Shown here: positions 19,526 to 28,931 of the stretch, in pieces
Layout: each line of letters begins with the position of its first letter
How positions within the stretch are numbered: position 1 is the stretch's first letter
Assembly (NCBI GenBank): GCA_039815185.1
Contig: JBCBZT010000047.1
Location: forward strand, 1 to 57,469
Direction: 5' to 3'
Source of the DNA: Cyanobacteria bacterium P01_A01_bin.123
Lineage (GTDB): Bacteria > Cyanobacteriota > Cyanobacteriia > Phormidesmidales > Phormidesmidaceae
Length of the DNA stretch: 57,469 bases
Notes under the pieces: model-generated
Databases searched by the model: none
What the model saw: the letters and a program-made list of their open reading frames with translations, nothing else
Told to the model about the DNA's origin: nothing
Position numbers and translations under genes: made by a program

Positions 19526-20380
19526 ATGGTAGTTACGGCTTCAAAGGTATCTAATCTGAGCTGGGGGAAACAGGTCGGGAAAGGGCTGCAAGCTTTCTTC
19601 TTGGCCAATCGCCCTGCAAGACGGTTATTGGCGCTAATGCTGTTCTTTGGGGGATGGCAGATACTTTGCACGATTAACTTTGATTTTTTTATCAACTTTC
19701 AACTGATTCCTTCTCCCATTGAGGTCATTAAGGCCACTATCCAGTTTTTGACGAGTTCGCCGTGGGTGCATTTTAGATCCAGCATTATGCGGGTGCTGCT
19801 GGGCTATGCGATCGCGTCCTGTTTCGGTGTGATCTTGGGGATATTAATTGGCTGGTTCGAGGTGGTTGAAGATCTGATGCTTCCCCCCCTAGAGCTGCTG
19901 CGCCCGATTCCGGCAGTCGCCTGGATTCCCTTAGCCATTTTGATGTTTCCCAATGCCGAAAGTGGCATGGTTTACATCACATTTATTGGCGCTTTTTTCC
20001 CAGTGTTGATTAGTACCGTCAGTGGCGTAGAGAGCACCCTCAGCGATACGGTGCTGATTCGGGTGGGGCAGTGCCTAGGGGCTAGATCTTGGCATATTTT
20101 CAAAGACATTGTGGTACCAGGGTCCCTACCGAGCATTGCCAGCGGCCTAACCATTGGTATGGGCAATGCTTGGTTCTGTCTGGTGACTGCTGAAATTTTG
20201 GCGGGGCGCTACGGCGTGGGTTATATCACCTGGGAATCTTACGTCACGTCCAACTATCCCCCGATTGTGATGGGAATGTTGCTGATTGGTTTGATGGGCG
20301 CGTTAAGTTCCTGGGCCGTGAGTCGGGCAACGAGTGCCCTAATGCCCTGGCGAGTGATCAAGAAGCAGGGCAACTCATAG
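19526..20380 (+). CDS. ABC transporter permease (SsuC/TauC-like)
   Basis: LLRPIPAVAWIPLAIL, EAA-like loop GQCLGA, WFCLVTAE. Confidence 0.92.
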   Translation: MVVTASKVSNLSWGKQVGKGLQAFFLANRPARRLLALMLFFGGWQILCTINFDFFINFQLIPSPIEVIKATIQFLTSSPWVHFRSSIMRVLLGYAIASCFGVILGILIGWFEVVEDLMLPPLELLRPIPAVAWIPLAILMFPNAESGMVYITFIGAFFPVLISTVSGVESTLSDTVLIRVGQCLGARSWHIFKDIVVPGSLPSIASGLTIGMGNAWFCLVTAEILAGRYGVGYITWESYVTSNYPPIVMGMLLIGLMGALSSWAVSRATSALMPWRVIKKQGNS

Positions 20381-20422
20381 CAGTAGCACATTTATACAGT
20401 TGGCAAAAGGAATGGGAGAAAC

Positions 20423-21241
20423 ATGTTGACTCAGCAACTGAAGACACGACAGACGGTAAAAGGTTCTGTCCAAGTGGAAGGGCTCTCGGTGACTTTCCGC
20501 CGTCGGGGCCATGAAAACTGTGTTTTAGATTCAATTCAACTGGGTATTCAACCCGGTGAATTCGTTTGTTTACTAGGCCCTTCAGGGTGTGGTAAATCAA
20601 CGCTGCTAAACGTCATTGCTGGGTTTTTGAAACCCTCGGCGGGCTACGTCATGGTGGATCAAGCTGCGGTGACTCACCCCGGTGCCGATCGCGGGTTTGT
20701 GTTTCAACAATACTCACTGTTGCCCTGGAAAACAGCCTTTCAAAATGTGGAACTGGGACTCAAAATTCGGGGCATGCCCAAAGCTGAACGCACCGAGTTG
20801 GTCAATGACTACCTGACTCGTGTAGGGCTTTACAAGTACCGCAATAACTATCCCCACCAGCTGTCAGGGGGAATGCAGCAGCGCGCCAGCATCATTCGCG
20901 CGCTGGTTAATTCACCGTCAGTGCTGTTGATGGATGAGCCCTTTGCAGCCCTGGATGCCCAAACCCGGCACATGATGCAGGAAATGCTGCTGGACATTTG
21001 GGAGGACTTAAAAACCACGGTTATTTTTGTCACCCACGATATTGAGGAGGCAATTTTCTTGGGCGATCGCATTTTTATTATGGGCGTTCATCCCGGCCAT
21101 ATTAAAGCTGAGTTACCGATTCGGCTCAGTCGCCCGCGCCACTTCGATACCACCCTCACACCAGAGTTTGTCAATCTATCCCGCCAAATCTTTGAGTGCA
21201 TTCGAGAAGAAACGCTGAAGAGTATGGAGGGCAGTTTTTAG
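20423..21241 (+). CDS. ABC transporter ATPase (SsuB/TauB/NrtD-like)
   Basis: GPSGCGKST, LSGGMQQR, LLMDEPFAALD, FVTHD. Confidence 0.95.
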   Translation: MLTQQLKTRQTVKGSVQVEGLSVTFRRRGHENCVLDSIQLGIQPGEFVCLLGPSGCGKSTLLNVIAGFLKPSAGYVMVDQAAVTHPGADRGFVFQQYSLLPWKTAFQNVELGLKIRGMPKAERTELVNDYLTRVGLYKYRNNYPHQLSGGMQQRASIIRALVNSPSVLLMDEPFAALDAQTRHMMQEMLLDIWEDLKTTVIFVTHDIEEAIFLGDRIFIMGVHPGHIKAELPIRLSRPRHFDTTLTPEFVNLSRQIFECIREETLKSMEGSF

Positions 21242-21371
21242 CACCGATCGTTCAGCTCATCATAAAAGACGACCAGCAGCGATCGCGCTTCTAAACCACA
21301 TCCGATTTGCAAACCTTCGGTTTTAGCCGAAGGAAAAACGACGGATCTGGATGTGGAAGCGGTGCACATGA

Positions 21372-23411
21372 CTAAATTGACGCCATCGCCTTTTCCAAAA
21401 ATTCTGGCTGCATCCAACGATCTAAATTGATATGGCCCATATGCTCTTGCCCATTAATCTGGCTGAGCTTATGGATATGGGCTTGCAGCCAATCAGTCCG
21501 GAGCTGGGTTCCAGGTTGGTACACGGCATCTGCAGGGCAACCTTCACTGGACATTAGCGTTTTCGTAACAATGGCCGGGTCAATATTGACCCAACGGCTG
21601 ACCAAGGTAGCGGCAATTGATTGAGTACTGTACCAATATTGTGCTGCGATTAGGGCTTTTAGATAGGCAATCGTGATTTCAGGGAATTGCTCAACAAAGT
21701 CATCGGCCATGACAACGCCATGGAAGGTCGGTAACTCATCAAGACTATCCTGAAGCAAACGACGAAACTGGCCTTTATGCTTGGCAATTTCGTGGAAAGG
21801 GGCGAAATAAGCATAGCCATCTACTCGATCAGCATTCTTCGTCAACCGTTGGGTATTTAGGGTGTCAATTGAGGTCAGGGTAACCTCATCTAGGAGTTGC
21901 CGATTGTGGAGCGATCGCATCACCATGCCGTGGGCAGCGGAGCCAAAGGGAACTGCAATTATTCTGCCTTCCAAATCTTCAATGCAGTTGAGCTGAGACT
22001 GTTGGGGCACGATGATGTCGTTACCGGTGCCATCTAGATTACTGGCAACAAAGCTAATCAACCGCGTATTCGCAGTCAGAGACGTGCTATCGCTCGGCGG
22101 CATGGCACTTAGCAGTAGCGGATAATCCCCCAACACACCAATATCAATCTGCCTTGCCGCCAACCCCGCCACAATCGGAGCCCCCGAGCTATAGTTCGAC
22201 CACCGAATCTGATATTGGGTACCACTGTAGCGACCCTCACGGGGGAGAAAATGCTCAAGTAACCCCAGTCGCTGAATAATCAGTCCGGCGGTCACGGTTT
22301 GAATCGTTTGGTTCTGGGTGCCAATGGTAATCGTGATGGTCTCTGAAGGGCTGGTTGACCCACTTCGCATTAAGAAGTTGGGAGCCTGAAATTGAGGAAT
22401 TTTTTGTCCCGCAGCGGGTGTTGACTCAGCACGGGCAGGCACATGGGGTGCGCCAAACTGCCCCCGAGTCGCTCGCTGACGTTCTAGCATCGTCACAAAC
22501 TGCTGAATCGGTTCTAGGGCCTGCCGGCCTCGAAAAGGTTTTTGTTGGCGATTACTTAAAGCCCGCTCCAGACGCTTTGGCATCAGCAGAAATAGCGGCA
22601 TCGCCAGAGCAAACTCGGCTAGCGGCACATCGCGAATCAGCCCCGCCTGCCGTTCGAGCTGAAAATCAAAACTCGAGACAAAACTCACATAGTGGCCTTG
22701 CAGCAAATAGGTGCGAACTAAACTGGGCGCATCAACAATTTCAACATGGGCGAAATCTGACAGGCTAAGCCCTAATTCCTGCATGCGTTTCTGTAGAATA
22801 ATCCGGCTGGGAAAACCTTCTGGCAACAGCACCCAGGGTTGATTGATTAAGTCTTTCAAGCTGAGCCAGTGATGCTGAGCTAGCCCGTGACTACAGGACA
22901 TCACCACAGAGTAGTGGACGGTGTCAATGATGGCTTCTGAAATTTCGTCAAAGGCAGAAAAACTAAGATTTGAAATCCCTAAATCAGCCTCTCCATTCTT
23001 AATGGCACGATATAACTGCTCAACCGAATTTAATGGGAGACAATTCGTCTTAACATCTGGGTAGATGCGGCGATAATCATATAGTTTTGACGGTAGCCAG
23101 TGATCCAGAATATCTGCCATACAGCCAATTTTCAGACTGCTAAACTTCCCCTGCTTGATTGCTTCAACTTCTGTAACCAGTTGCATTTCCAGATCAACTA
23201 ATTGAGGCCCCTCTTCCAAAAGGTACTCCCCAGTTTGTGTCAGTTCAATGCGGCGTCCTAAGCGCCTGAACAAGGCGGTATCCAAGGCGGATTCTAAGGA
23301 TTTTATTTTCGCACTAACCGCTGGCTGAGTGAGATTTAGCGCGTCAGCAGCTTCGGTAAAGCTAAGGCAACGAGCAACTTCTAAAAAGACCTTAAGTTGA
23401 TAAATTTCCAC
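21372..23411 (-). CDS. LysR regulator fused to a C-terminal SsuA-like binding-protein domain
   Basis: LysR HTH (SFTEAADALNLTQPAVSAKIKSLE), LysR effector domain, a linker, then a domain homologous to the 17913 product. Confidence 0.88.
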   Translation of the reverse strand: MEIYQLKVFLEVARCLSFTEAADALNLTQPAVSAKIKSLESALDTALFRRLGRRIELTQTGEYLLEEGPQLVDLEMQLVTEVEAIKQGKFSSLKIGCMADILDHWLPSKLYDYRRIYPDVKTNCLPLNSVEQLYRAIKNGEADLGISNLSFSAFDEISEAIIDTVHYSVVMSCSHGLAQHHWLSLKDLINQPWVLLPEGFPSRIILQKRMQELGLSLSDFAHVEIVDAPSLVRTYLLQGHYVSFVSSFDFQLERQAGLIRDVPLAEFALAMPLFLLMPKRLERALSNRQQKPFRGRQALEPIQQFVTMLERQRATRGQFGAPHVPARAESTPAAGQKIPQFQAPNFLMRSGSTSPSETITITIGTQNQTIQTVTAGLIIQRLGLLEHFLPREGRYSGTQYQIRWSNYSSGAPIVAGLAARQIDIGVLGDYPLLLSAMPPSDSTSLTANTRLISFVASNLDGTGNDIIVPQQSQLNCIEDLEGRIIAVPFGSAAHGMVMRSLHNRQLLDEVTLTSIDTLNTQRLTKNADRVDGYAYFAPFHEIAKHKGQFRRLLQDSLDELPTFHGVVMADDFVEQFPEITIAYLKALIAAQYWYSTQSIAATLVSRWVNIDPAIVTKTLMSSEGCPADAVYQPGTQLRTDWLQAHIHKLSQINGQEHMGHINLDRWMQPEFLEKAMASI

Positions 23412-23595
23412 GCTTTATCACTCTGATACAGCCAGATTTAAACACTAATCGTTAACCGCTTTCTACTTATTTAATGAAAACAACTATGGATTTGATCGGG
23501 GTCAGGAATAATTTTGCCGACGCGAAATAAGAATCTAAAAAATCAACACCAGCACTGATTTCTGCACAGTAGCATCACGAGCAAACAGCTATCCC

Positions 23596-23631
23596 ATGGA
23601 AATTATTTATGAGTTTATAGAAGGCTTTGAT
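23596..23631. promoter_or_regulatory. Candidate LysR operator pair in the divergent promoter
   Basis: Two T-N11-A dyads 21 bp apart, ATGGAAATTATTTAT and ATAGAAGGCTTTGAT. The reverse strand shares TCATAAATAAT with 17774-17784. Confidence 0.5.
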
Positions 23632-23793
23632 TGGCAAACAGTAGCTATGGTTACAAACCCTATTGATGGGCTCCATAGGTGTCCTCTAAGATTCTGAAAA
23701 TGCATCAAAATCAGTGGTTTCGTTGCCATTGTTTTGACCCTCACAAATCTTTTCAATTCGATCTCACTGCTGTTTAAGCCGAGGACACAATTA

Positions 23794-25497
23794 GTGAACA
23801 CTCAGTATTTGAAAACTGACTTCCTGGTAGTGGGTGGTGGCACTGCCGGAACCATGGCTGGGATTAAAGCCAAACAGGCTAACCCCGAGAGCGAAGTCCT
23901 GATTTTAGAGAAAGCAAATATTCGCCGCAGTGGCGCGATCGCGATGGGGATGGATGGCGTCAACACTGCTGTTATTCCGGGTAACTCGACTCCAGAGCAG
24001 TACACCCGCGAGATCACCATTGCTAATGATGGCATTCTCAACCAGAAGTCCGTGTATGAAACGGGCCGTCTAGGCTTCGAGGTCATTCAGGAGCTAGAGA
24101 GTTGGGGGGTCAAGTTTCAGAAAGATCACGAAGGCAACTACGACCTCAAACAGGTACACCGGGTCGGTAAATATGTATTGCCCATGCCCGAAGGCAAAGA
24201 CCTGAAGAAAATTTTGGCCCGCCAGGTGAAGCGTCACAAAGTCAGCGTCACCAATCGCGTCATGGCAACTCGGGTGATGGTACAAAACGGTCGGGTGACC
24301 GGGGCTGTTGGCTTCGATGTCCGCAATGGTGATTTTGTGGTGATCCAAGCCAAAGCGGTGGTACTCTGCACCGGAGCCTGCGGTCGACTGGGGCTACCTG
24401 CCTCGGGCTATCTCTACGGCACCTATGAGAACCCGACCAATGCTGGAGATGGGTATTCCATGGCCTACCACGCTGGGGCAGAACTCACTAACATCGAATG
24501 CTTCCAGATTAATCCGCTGATTAAAGACTACAACGGCCCTGCCTGTGCCTATGTTGCTAGCCCCTTTGGCGCTTACACCGCCAATGCTGAGGGCCACCGC
24601 TTCATCAGCTGCGACTATTGGAGCGGCCAAATGATGTTAGAGGTGTGGAAAGAGCTCAACTCGGGTAAGGGGCCAGTGCACCTAAAGATGTATCACCTCG
24701 ACAACGATACCATCTCAGAAATCGAGACCATCTTGTGGGCCAATGAGCGTCCTAGCCGGGGCCGCTTCCACGAAGGGCGGGGAGAAAACTACCGCACCGA
24801 CGGCGTAGAAATGAACATCTCCGAAATTGGTCTCTGTAGTGGTCACAGCGCCTCGGGGGTCTGGGTAAACGAACGAGCAGAAACCACAGTGCCTGGCCTC
24901 TATGCTGCTGGCGATATGGCTAGCGTTCCCCATAACTATATGATTGGCGCGTTTGTCTATGGCCGCATCGCTGGGGAAAATGCCATGACCTACGTGCACG
25001 ATTTAGAACACCTGGAACCCGATGCCGACTTTTTGGCAGCGGAGAAAGCCCGCATTTACCAGCCCCTCCAGCGGCCTGAGGGGGTACCGCATACCCAGGT
25101 TGAATACAAGTTGCGACGGTTGGTGAATGACTATCTACAGCCACCCAAATCGCCCCACAAAATGGATATCGGGTTAGAGAAGTTCGTCGCTTACAACAAT
25201 ACCCTTAACGATATGGGGGCCTGTGATCCGCACGAACTGATGCGCTGTATGGAAGTCCACTTTATCCGTGACTGTGCCGAAATGGCAGCCCGTGCGTCTC
25301 TCTACCGCAAGGAAAGCCGCTGGGGGCTGTATCACTACCGCCTCGATTATCCCGAGAAGAACAACGACGAGTGGTTCTGCCACGTCAATCTCAAGAAAGG
25401 CGCAAACGGTGAGATGGAACTCTTCAAGCGTGCGGTTGAACCCTACATTGTGGATGTGAACCTAGAGCAAGAAGTGTACGACGTTGCCATCCGCTAA
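23794..25497 (+). CDS. Fumarate reductase/APS reductase alpha-like FAD flavoprotein (AprA/AsfA-like)
   Basis: VVGGGTAG, EKANIRRSGAIAMGMDGVN, NAGDGYSMAYHAGA, GLYAAGD, RKESRWG..HYRLDYP. GTG 23794 follows a GAGGA RBS. Confidence 0.88.
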   Translation: MNTQYLKTDFLVVGGGTAGTMAGIKAKQANPESEVLILEKANIRRSGAIAMGMDGVNTAVIPGNSTPEQYTREITIANDGILNQKSVYETGRLGFEVIQELESWGVKFQKDHEGNYDLKQVHRVGKYVLPMPEGKDLKKILARQVKRHKVSVTNRVMATRVMVQNGRVTGAVGFDVRNGDFVVIQAKAVVLCTGACGRLGLPASGYLYGTYENPTNAGDGYSMAYHAGAELTNIECFQINPLIKDYNGPACAYVASPFGAYTANAEGHRFISCDYWSGQMMLEVWKELNSGKGPVHLKMYHLDNDTISEIETILWANERPSRGRFHEGRGENYRTDGVEMNISEIGLCSGHSASGVWVNERAETTVPGLYAAGDMASVPHNYMIGAFVYGRIAGENAMTYVHDLEHLEPDADFLAAEKARIYQPLQRPEGVPHTQVEYKLRRLVNDYLQPPKSPHKMDIGLEKFVAYNNTLNDMGACDPHELMRCMEVHFIRDCAEMAARASLYRKESRWGLYHYRLDYPEKNNDEWFCHVNLKKGANGEMELFKRAVEPYIVDVNLEQEVYDVAIR

Positions 25498-25507
25498 TTC
25501 CCTTTCC

Positions 25508-25592
25508 CCATAGACTCAGCCCTATAGACAGCCGCCCCATAGATATCCGATAGAGCAAAGTCCCCATAGGGGCACGGAAACTTTGCCCCTAC
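25508..25592. repeat. Degenerate CC(C)ATAGA repeats followed by a REP-like hairpin
   Basis: About five CCATAG/CTATAG/CGATAG units spaced roughly 12-16 nt apart, then TAGGGGCA-N9-TGCCCCTAC (25567-25592). Confidence 0.55.
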
Positions 25593-25647
25593 ACAATCCC
25601 TACCCTTTTCCCCCTGTTGTTTTGCCCATTAAACCCAAGGAAATTTC

Positions 25648-25875
25648 ATGGCCCTAACGACCCAACGCGTAGACGTTCCTGTAATTGTGGACGAATCAAA
25701 ATGCTTAGAGAAATGTGTGGCCTGCATTGAGGTCTGCCCCCTAGATGTGCTGGTGAAAAACCCCGAAACTGGCAAAGCCTACATGAAGTACGACGAGTGC
25801 TGGTTCTGCCTACCCTGCGAGAAGGAATGTCCGACCAACGCGATCACGGTACAGATTCCGTTCATGCTGCGATAA
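25648..25875 (+). CDS. 2x[4Fe-4S] ferredoxin (AprB/AsfB-like)
   Basis: CLEKCVACIEVCP and CWFCLPCEKECP, with an AAGGA RBS. Confidence 0.93.
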   Translation: MALTTQRVDVPVIVDESKCLEKCVACIEVCPLDVLVKNPETGKAYMKYDECWFCLPCEKECPTNAITVQIPFMLR

Positions 25876-25928
25876 GGATCTTCACCGAGTCGCTGTCATC
25901 TCGCTGCTGTCATTTTGGAGAACCCCCT

Positions 25929-26906
25929 ATGTACACGACCGATATGGATCCAGAAGTTGCTCAATGGGTTGAAATGCTGCGATCGCCGGTGCTAGAAGAG
26001 CGTCTGGTCGCAGTCAAAACCTTGCAACATTTGGGGGATGAAGACGCCATTGAGCCCTTAATTGGAGCGCTGAATGACGAAAACCCCACAGTGCAAGAAA
26101 TTGCCATTACCACCCTCTGGGAATTTGCTACTCCAGTCGCCATTTCGCCCCTAATTGAGTGCCTTAGTTCATCCCATGAAAACGTGCGGAATGAAGCATT
26201 ATCTGCCCTGAAGGAGCTGGTGTCGACCAACGACCTAATGAAGCTGCTGGATCTGTTGCAGGTGGGCAATCCTCACGCCCAACTCAATGTATTAGTCCTG
26301 TTACGCAAGATCCACGACGCTCAAGCCCTGCCATTCATTCTGCCGTTCTTTGAGTCTGAAGACGCCAAATTACGGGAAGCAGCGGTCATTACCCTGCGCT
26401 ATTTAAATCAGGTCGTGCGCTGCCCACCCGCCCTGTCCCTAGCCCAGGATCCTGATGCATCGGTGCGGCGAGCAACCACGCTAACCTTGGGGCATCTCAA
26501 TGATGAAGCTATCGTACCGCTGCTGTGTGACTTGTTGACCCGTGATGCTGACTGGCAGGTACGGCGTAATGCAGCCCAGTCGTTAGATTTGATTGCCAGT
26601 CCCGATGCTATTGCAGCCTTGATCACGGCGATGGCCGATGGGGAATGGCAAGTGCGCAAATTCACAGCTCGAGCCCTGCAAAAAATCGCCGATGAGCAGG
26701 CCCTACCAGCACTGATCAAGGCACTGGCTGATGAGTATTCTGATGTGCGCCGGGATGCCGCTACTGCACTAGGGAACTTGCAAGAAGCCAATGCTTTACC
26801 AGCCTTGCAGCAAACGCTGAACGATCCCGACATGGATGTACGGATTTTCTCTCAGCGGGCGATCGACAAAATTCAGAAGTCTTTGCCGGAGAACTCTCAT
26901 GCCTAG
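25929..26906 (+). CDS. HEAT-repeat (PBS lyase-like) protein
   Basis: Repeated L..AL.D....VR..AA.ALG units. GGAG RBS precedes ATG 25929. Confidence 0.9.
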   Translation: MYTTDMDPEVAQWVEMLRSPVLEERLVAVKTLQHLGDEDAIEPLIGALNDENPTVQEIAITTLWEFATPVAISPLIECLSSSHENVRNEALSALKELVSTNDLMKLLDLLQVGNPHAQLNVLVLLRKIHDAQALPFILPFFESEDAKLREAAVITLRYLNQVVRCPPALSLAQDPDASVRRATTLTLGHLNDEAIVPLLCDLLTRDADWQVRRNAAQSLDLIASPDAIAALITAMADGEWQVRKFTARALQKIADEQALPALIKALADEYSDVRRDAATALGNLQEANALPALQQTLNDPDMDVRIFSQRAIDKIQKSLPENSHA

Positions 26907-28011
26907 CCATTCTTCTCCCTTCCATCGAGCCGATGAGTCCATCCCCGAAATGTCCACCCCCCCTAGTCCTGAAACGCAGGCCCGTAAAGCGGTGGTGATT
27001 GAACAGCTCAAGGCGCTTCAAGAACCCACTTTGCAGAACGATCTGATTAGCCTGGGCATGGTGCGTAATCTGCAAGTCGTCGGCGATTATATCTACCTGC
27101 GCCTCTATGTTGGTTGCCACCAACTTGGTTTACAAGCGCAAGTGCAGCACACCTTGGGGCAACTGCCCTGGTGCAAAAAAGTCTATGCCGAGCTTTGCAC
27201 GATTCCCAACGTGCGCACCACCTTAGCGGTCTCTAGTGGCAAGGGCGGTGTGGGCAAATCTACAACGGCCGTTAACCTGGCAGCAGCCCTGACTCGAACA
27301 GGGGCGAAAGTGGGCCTGCTAGATGCTGATATCTACGGACCTAATGTGCCTCAGATGCTGGGTTTGGGCCAGTCTCAGGTACGGGTGGTCGATACACCTG
27401 ATGGTCAGCGCTTTATCCCGCTAGAAGCCCACGGCATCAAGCTGATGTCAGTGGGGCTATTGGCAGAACGAGACCATCCTTTAGCCTGGCGTGGTCCGGT
27501 GATGCACAAGATTCTGACCCAGTTCATCCATGAGGTGGATTGGGGAGCGCTGGACTATCTGCTGATTGACCTCCCCCCTGGCACAGGTGATGCTCAAATC
27601 ACCATCGTCCAGGAAAGCCCGATCTGCGGGGTCGTGATGGTGACAACCCCCCAACAAGTGGCGGTCTCAGATGTGCGTCGCAGTGTCTATATGTTCCGGC
27701 AAGTGGGGGTACCGGTGTTGGGATTGGTCGAAAACATGAGTTATCTCTTGTGTGGTCATTGCGGCGAACCAACGCCAATTTTTGGGGCGGGCGGTGGCGC
27801 TCAGATTGCCACGGAACTGTCGGTACCTTTATGGGGACAAGTGCCAATTGACCCGCGCATCTGTGCCCAGGGTGATGCTGGCGAACCCCTACCGTTGAAA
27901 GTACCTAATGCCCCGCTCAGCCAAATCTTTAGGCAAATTGCGACGGGCCTAAATCACACTTTCGGATTGACGCCAATACAGCGAGAGTTAGCCTTGCAGA
28001 CCCTGGCCTGA
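26899..28011 (+). CDS. apbC: Mrp/NBP35 (ApbC) Fe-S cluster carrier ATPase
   Basis: N-terminal DUF59-like region, SSGKGGVGKST, DADIYGP, WRGP, DLPPGTGD, ENMS..CGHC. The start overlaps the HEAT gene stop. Confidence 0.9.
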   Translation: MPSHSSPFHRADESIPEMSTPPSPETQARKAVVIEQLKALQEPTLQNDLISLGMVRNLQVVGDYIYLRLYVGCHQLGLQAQVQHTLGQLPWCKKVYAELCTIPNVRTTLAVSSGKGGVGKSTTAVNLAAALTRTGAKVGLLDADIYGPNVPQMLGLGQSQVRVVDTPDGQRFIPLEAHGIKLMSVGLLAERDHPLAWRGPVMHKILTQFIHEVDWGALDYLLIDLPPGTGDAQITIVQESPICGVVMVTTPQQVAVSDVRRSVYMFRQVGVPVLGLVENMSYLLCGHCGEPTPIFGAGGGAQIATELSVPLWGQVPIDPRICAQGDAGEPLPLKVPNAPLSQIFRQIATGLNHTFGLTPIQRELALQTLA

Positions 28012-28208
28012 GTGGTTCTGGGTGCAAGACATGGCAAGGAGCCTAACCCCATGGCCTTTGCCGACTCAATCCTGCGACAAAATTCGTGGGATAGATCGGT
28101 CGTGCCTGGCAGCCCGCTTGGTTTCAGCATCCCCTAATCATCCCTTACTCCTGACGTGATCCGGCACTGGGGATGGTTTTCTAAGTTGACAATTGACAGG
28201 GCAGATTC

Positions 28209-28931
28209 ATGGGCATCGAAACGTGGCTGATTGGCTTGGGCATTGTTGCGATCGCAGGCTTTATTCGAGGCTTTGCCGGCTTTGGTTCAGCCATGATTCT
28301 AGCCCCTGCTCTCAGTTTGCTGTTCGAACCTCAGCAGGCCGTTGCCACGATTATTTTGCTAGAAATGACCGCTGGTGCAGGTCTGGTGCCAGAAGCCAGC
28401 AAAAAGGCTAAATGGCAAGCGGTGCTCCCCCTCGTATTAAGCGCAATGGTGATGGTGCCGGTGGGTGCCCATTTCCTGTCACTGCTGGAACCCAATTTGA
28501 TTCGCCGCATCATGGGTGGACTGATTTTGGGGTTTGTCCTGTTGTTAATGATTGGCAAAAGCCACTACAGCAAACCTCACCTGATGTTGACCTCAGCAGT
28601 GGGTGCCCTCAGTGGCTTCCTCACCGGCCTCACCAGTATGGGGGGCCCCCCAATCGTGCTGTATGAAATGTCGGGGGAAAACTCCGCTGCTGCAAATCGG
28701 GCCAATTTCATTATTTTCTTTGCCCTGACCCAATTCATTGCCCTGATGTCGTATTGGACTAGCGGCATTTTAACGATCGCGATTTGGCAGCTCTTTGCCA
28801 AATTTGTGCCCGCTTTTGGGATGGGGCTACTGGTAGGACGCTTTTGCTTCAAACAGGTCAATGAAGTCCTATTTCGACGGTTTGTACTCGGCCTATTGCT
28901 GGTAGTCGCAGTCATGGCGTTGGTGGTGTGA
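28209..28931 (+). CDS. TauE/SafE-family sulfite exporter
   Basis: AGFIRGFAGFG and SGFLTGLTSMGGPP internal repeat, about 8 TM helices. Confidence 0.88.
   Translation: MGIETWLIGLGIVAIAGFIRGFAGFGSAMILAPALSLLFEPQQAVATIILLEMTAGAGLVPEASKKAKWQAVLPLVLSAMVMVPVGAHFLSLLEPNLIRRIMGGLILGFVLLLMIGKSHYSKPHLMLTSAVGALSGFLTGLTSMGGPPIVLYEMSGENSAAANRANFIIFFALTQFIALMSYWTSGILTIAIWQLFAKFVPAFGMGLLVGRFCFKQVNEVLFRRFVLGLLLVVAVMALVV

Noticed and set aside
23794..25875. Calling the flavoprotein and ferredoxin sdhAB/frdAB or a true aprAB
   Set aside because: There are no membrane anchors or SdhB-type 2Fe-2S domain, the ferredoxin lacks the long AprB tail, and there is no sat or qmo context.
28051..28137. 28-codon ORF with an AAGGAG RBS between apbC and the TauE gene
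   Set aside because: It is too short and has no motif. It may be a gene remnant but cannot be supported.
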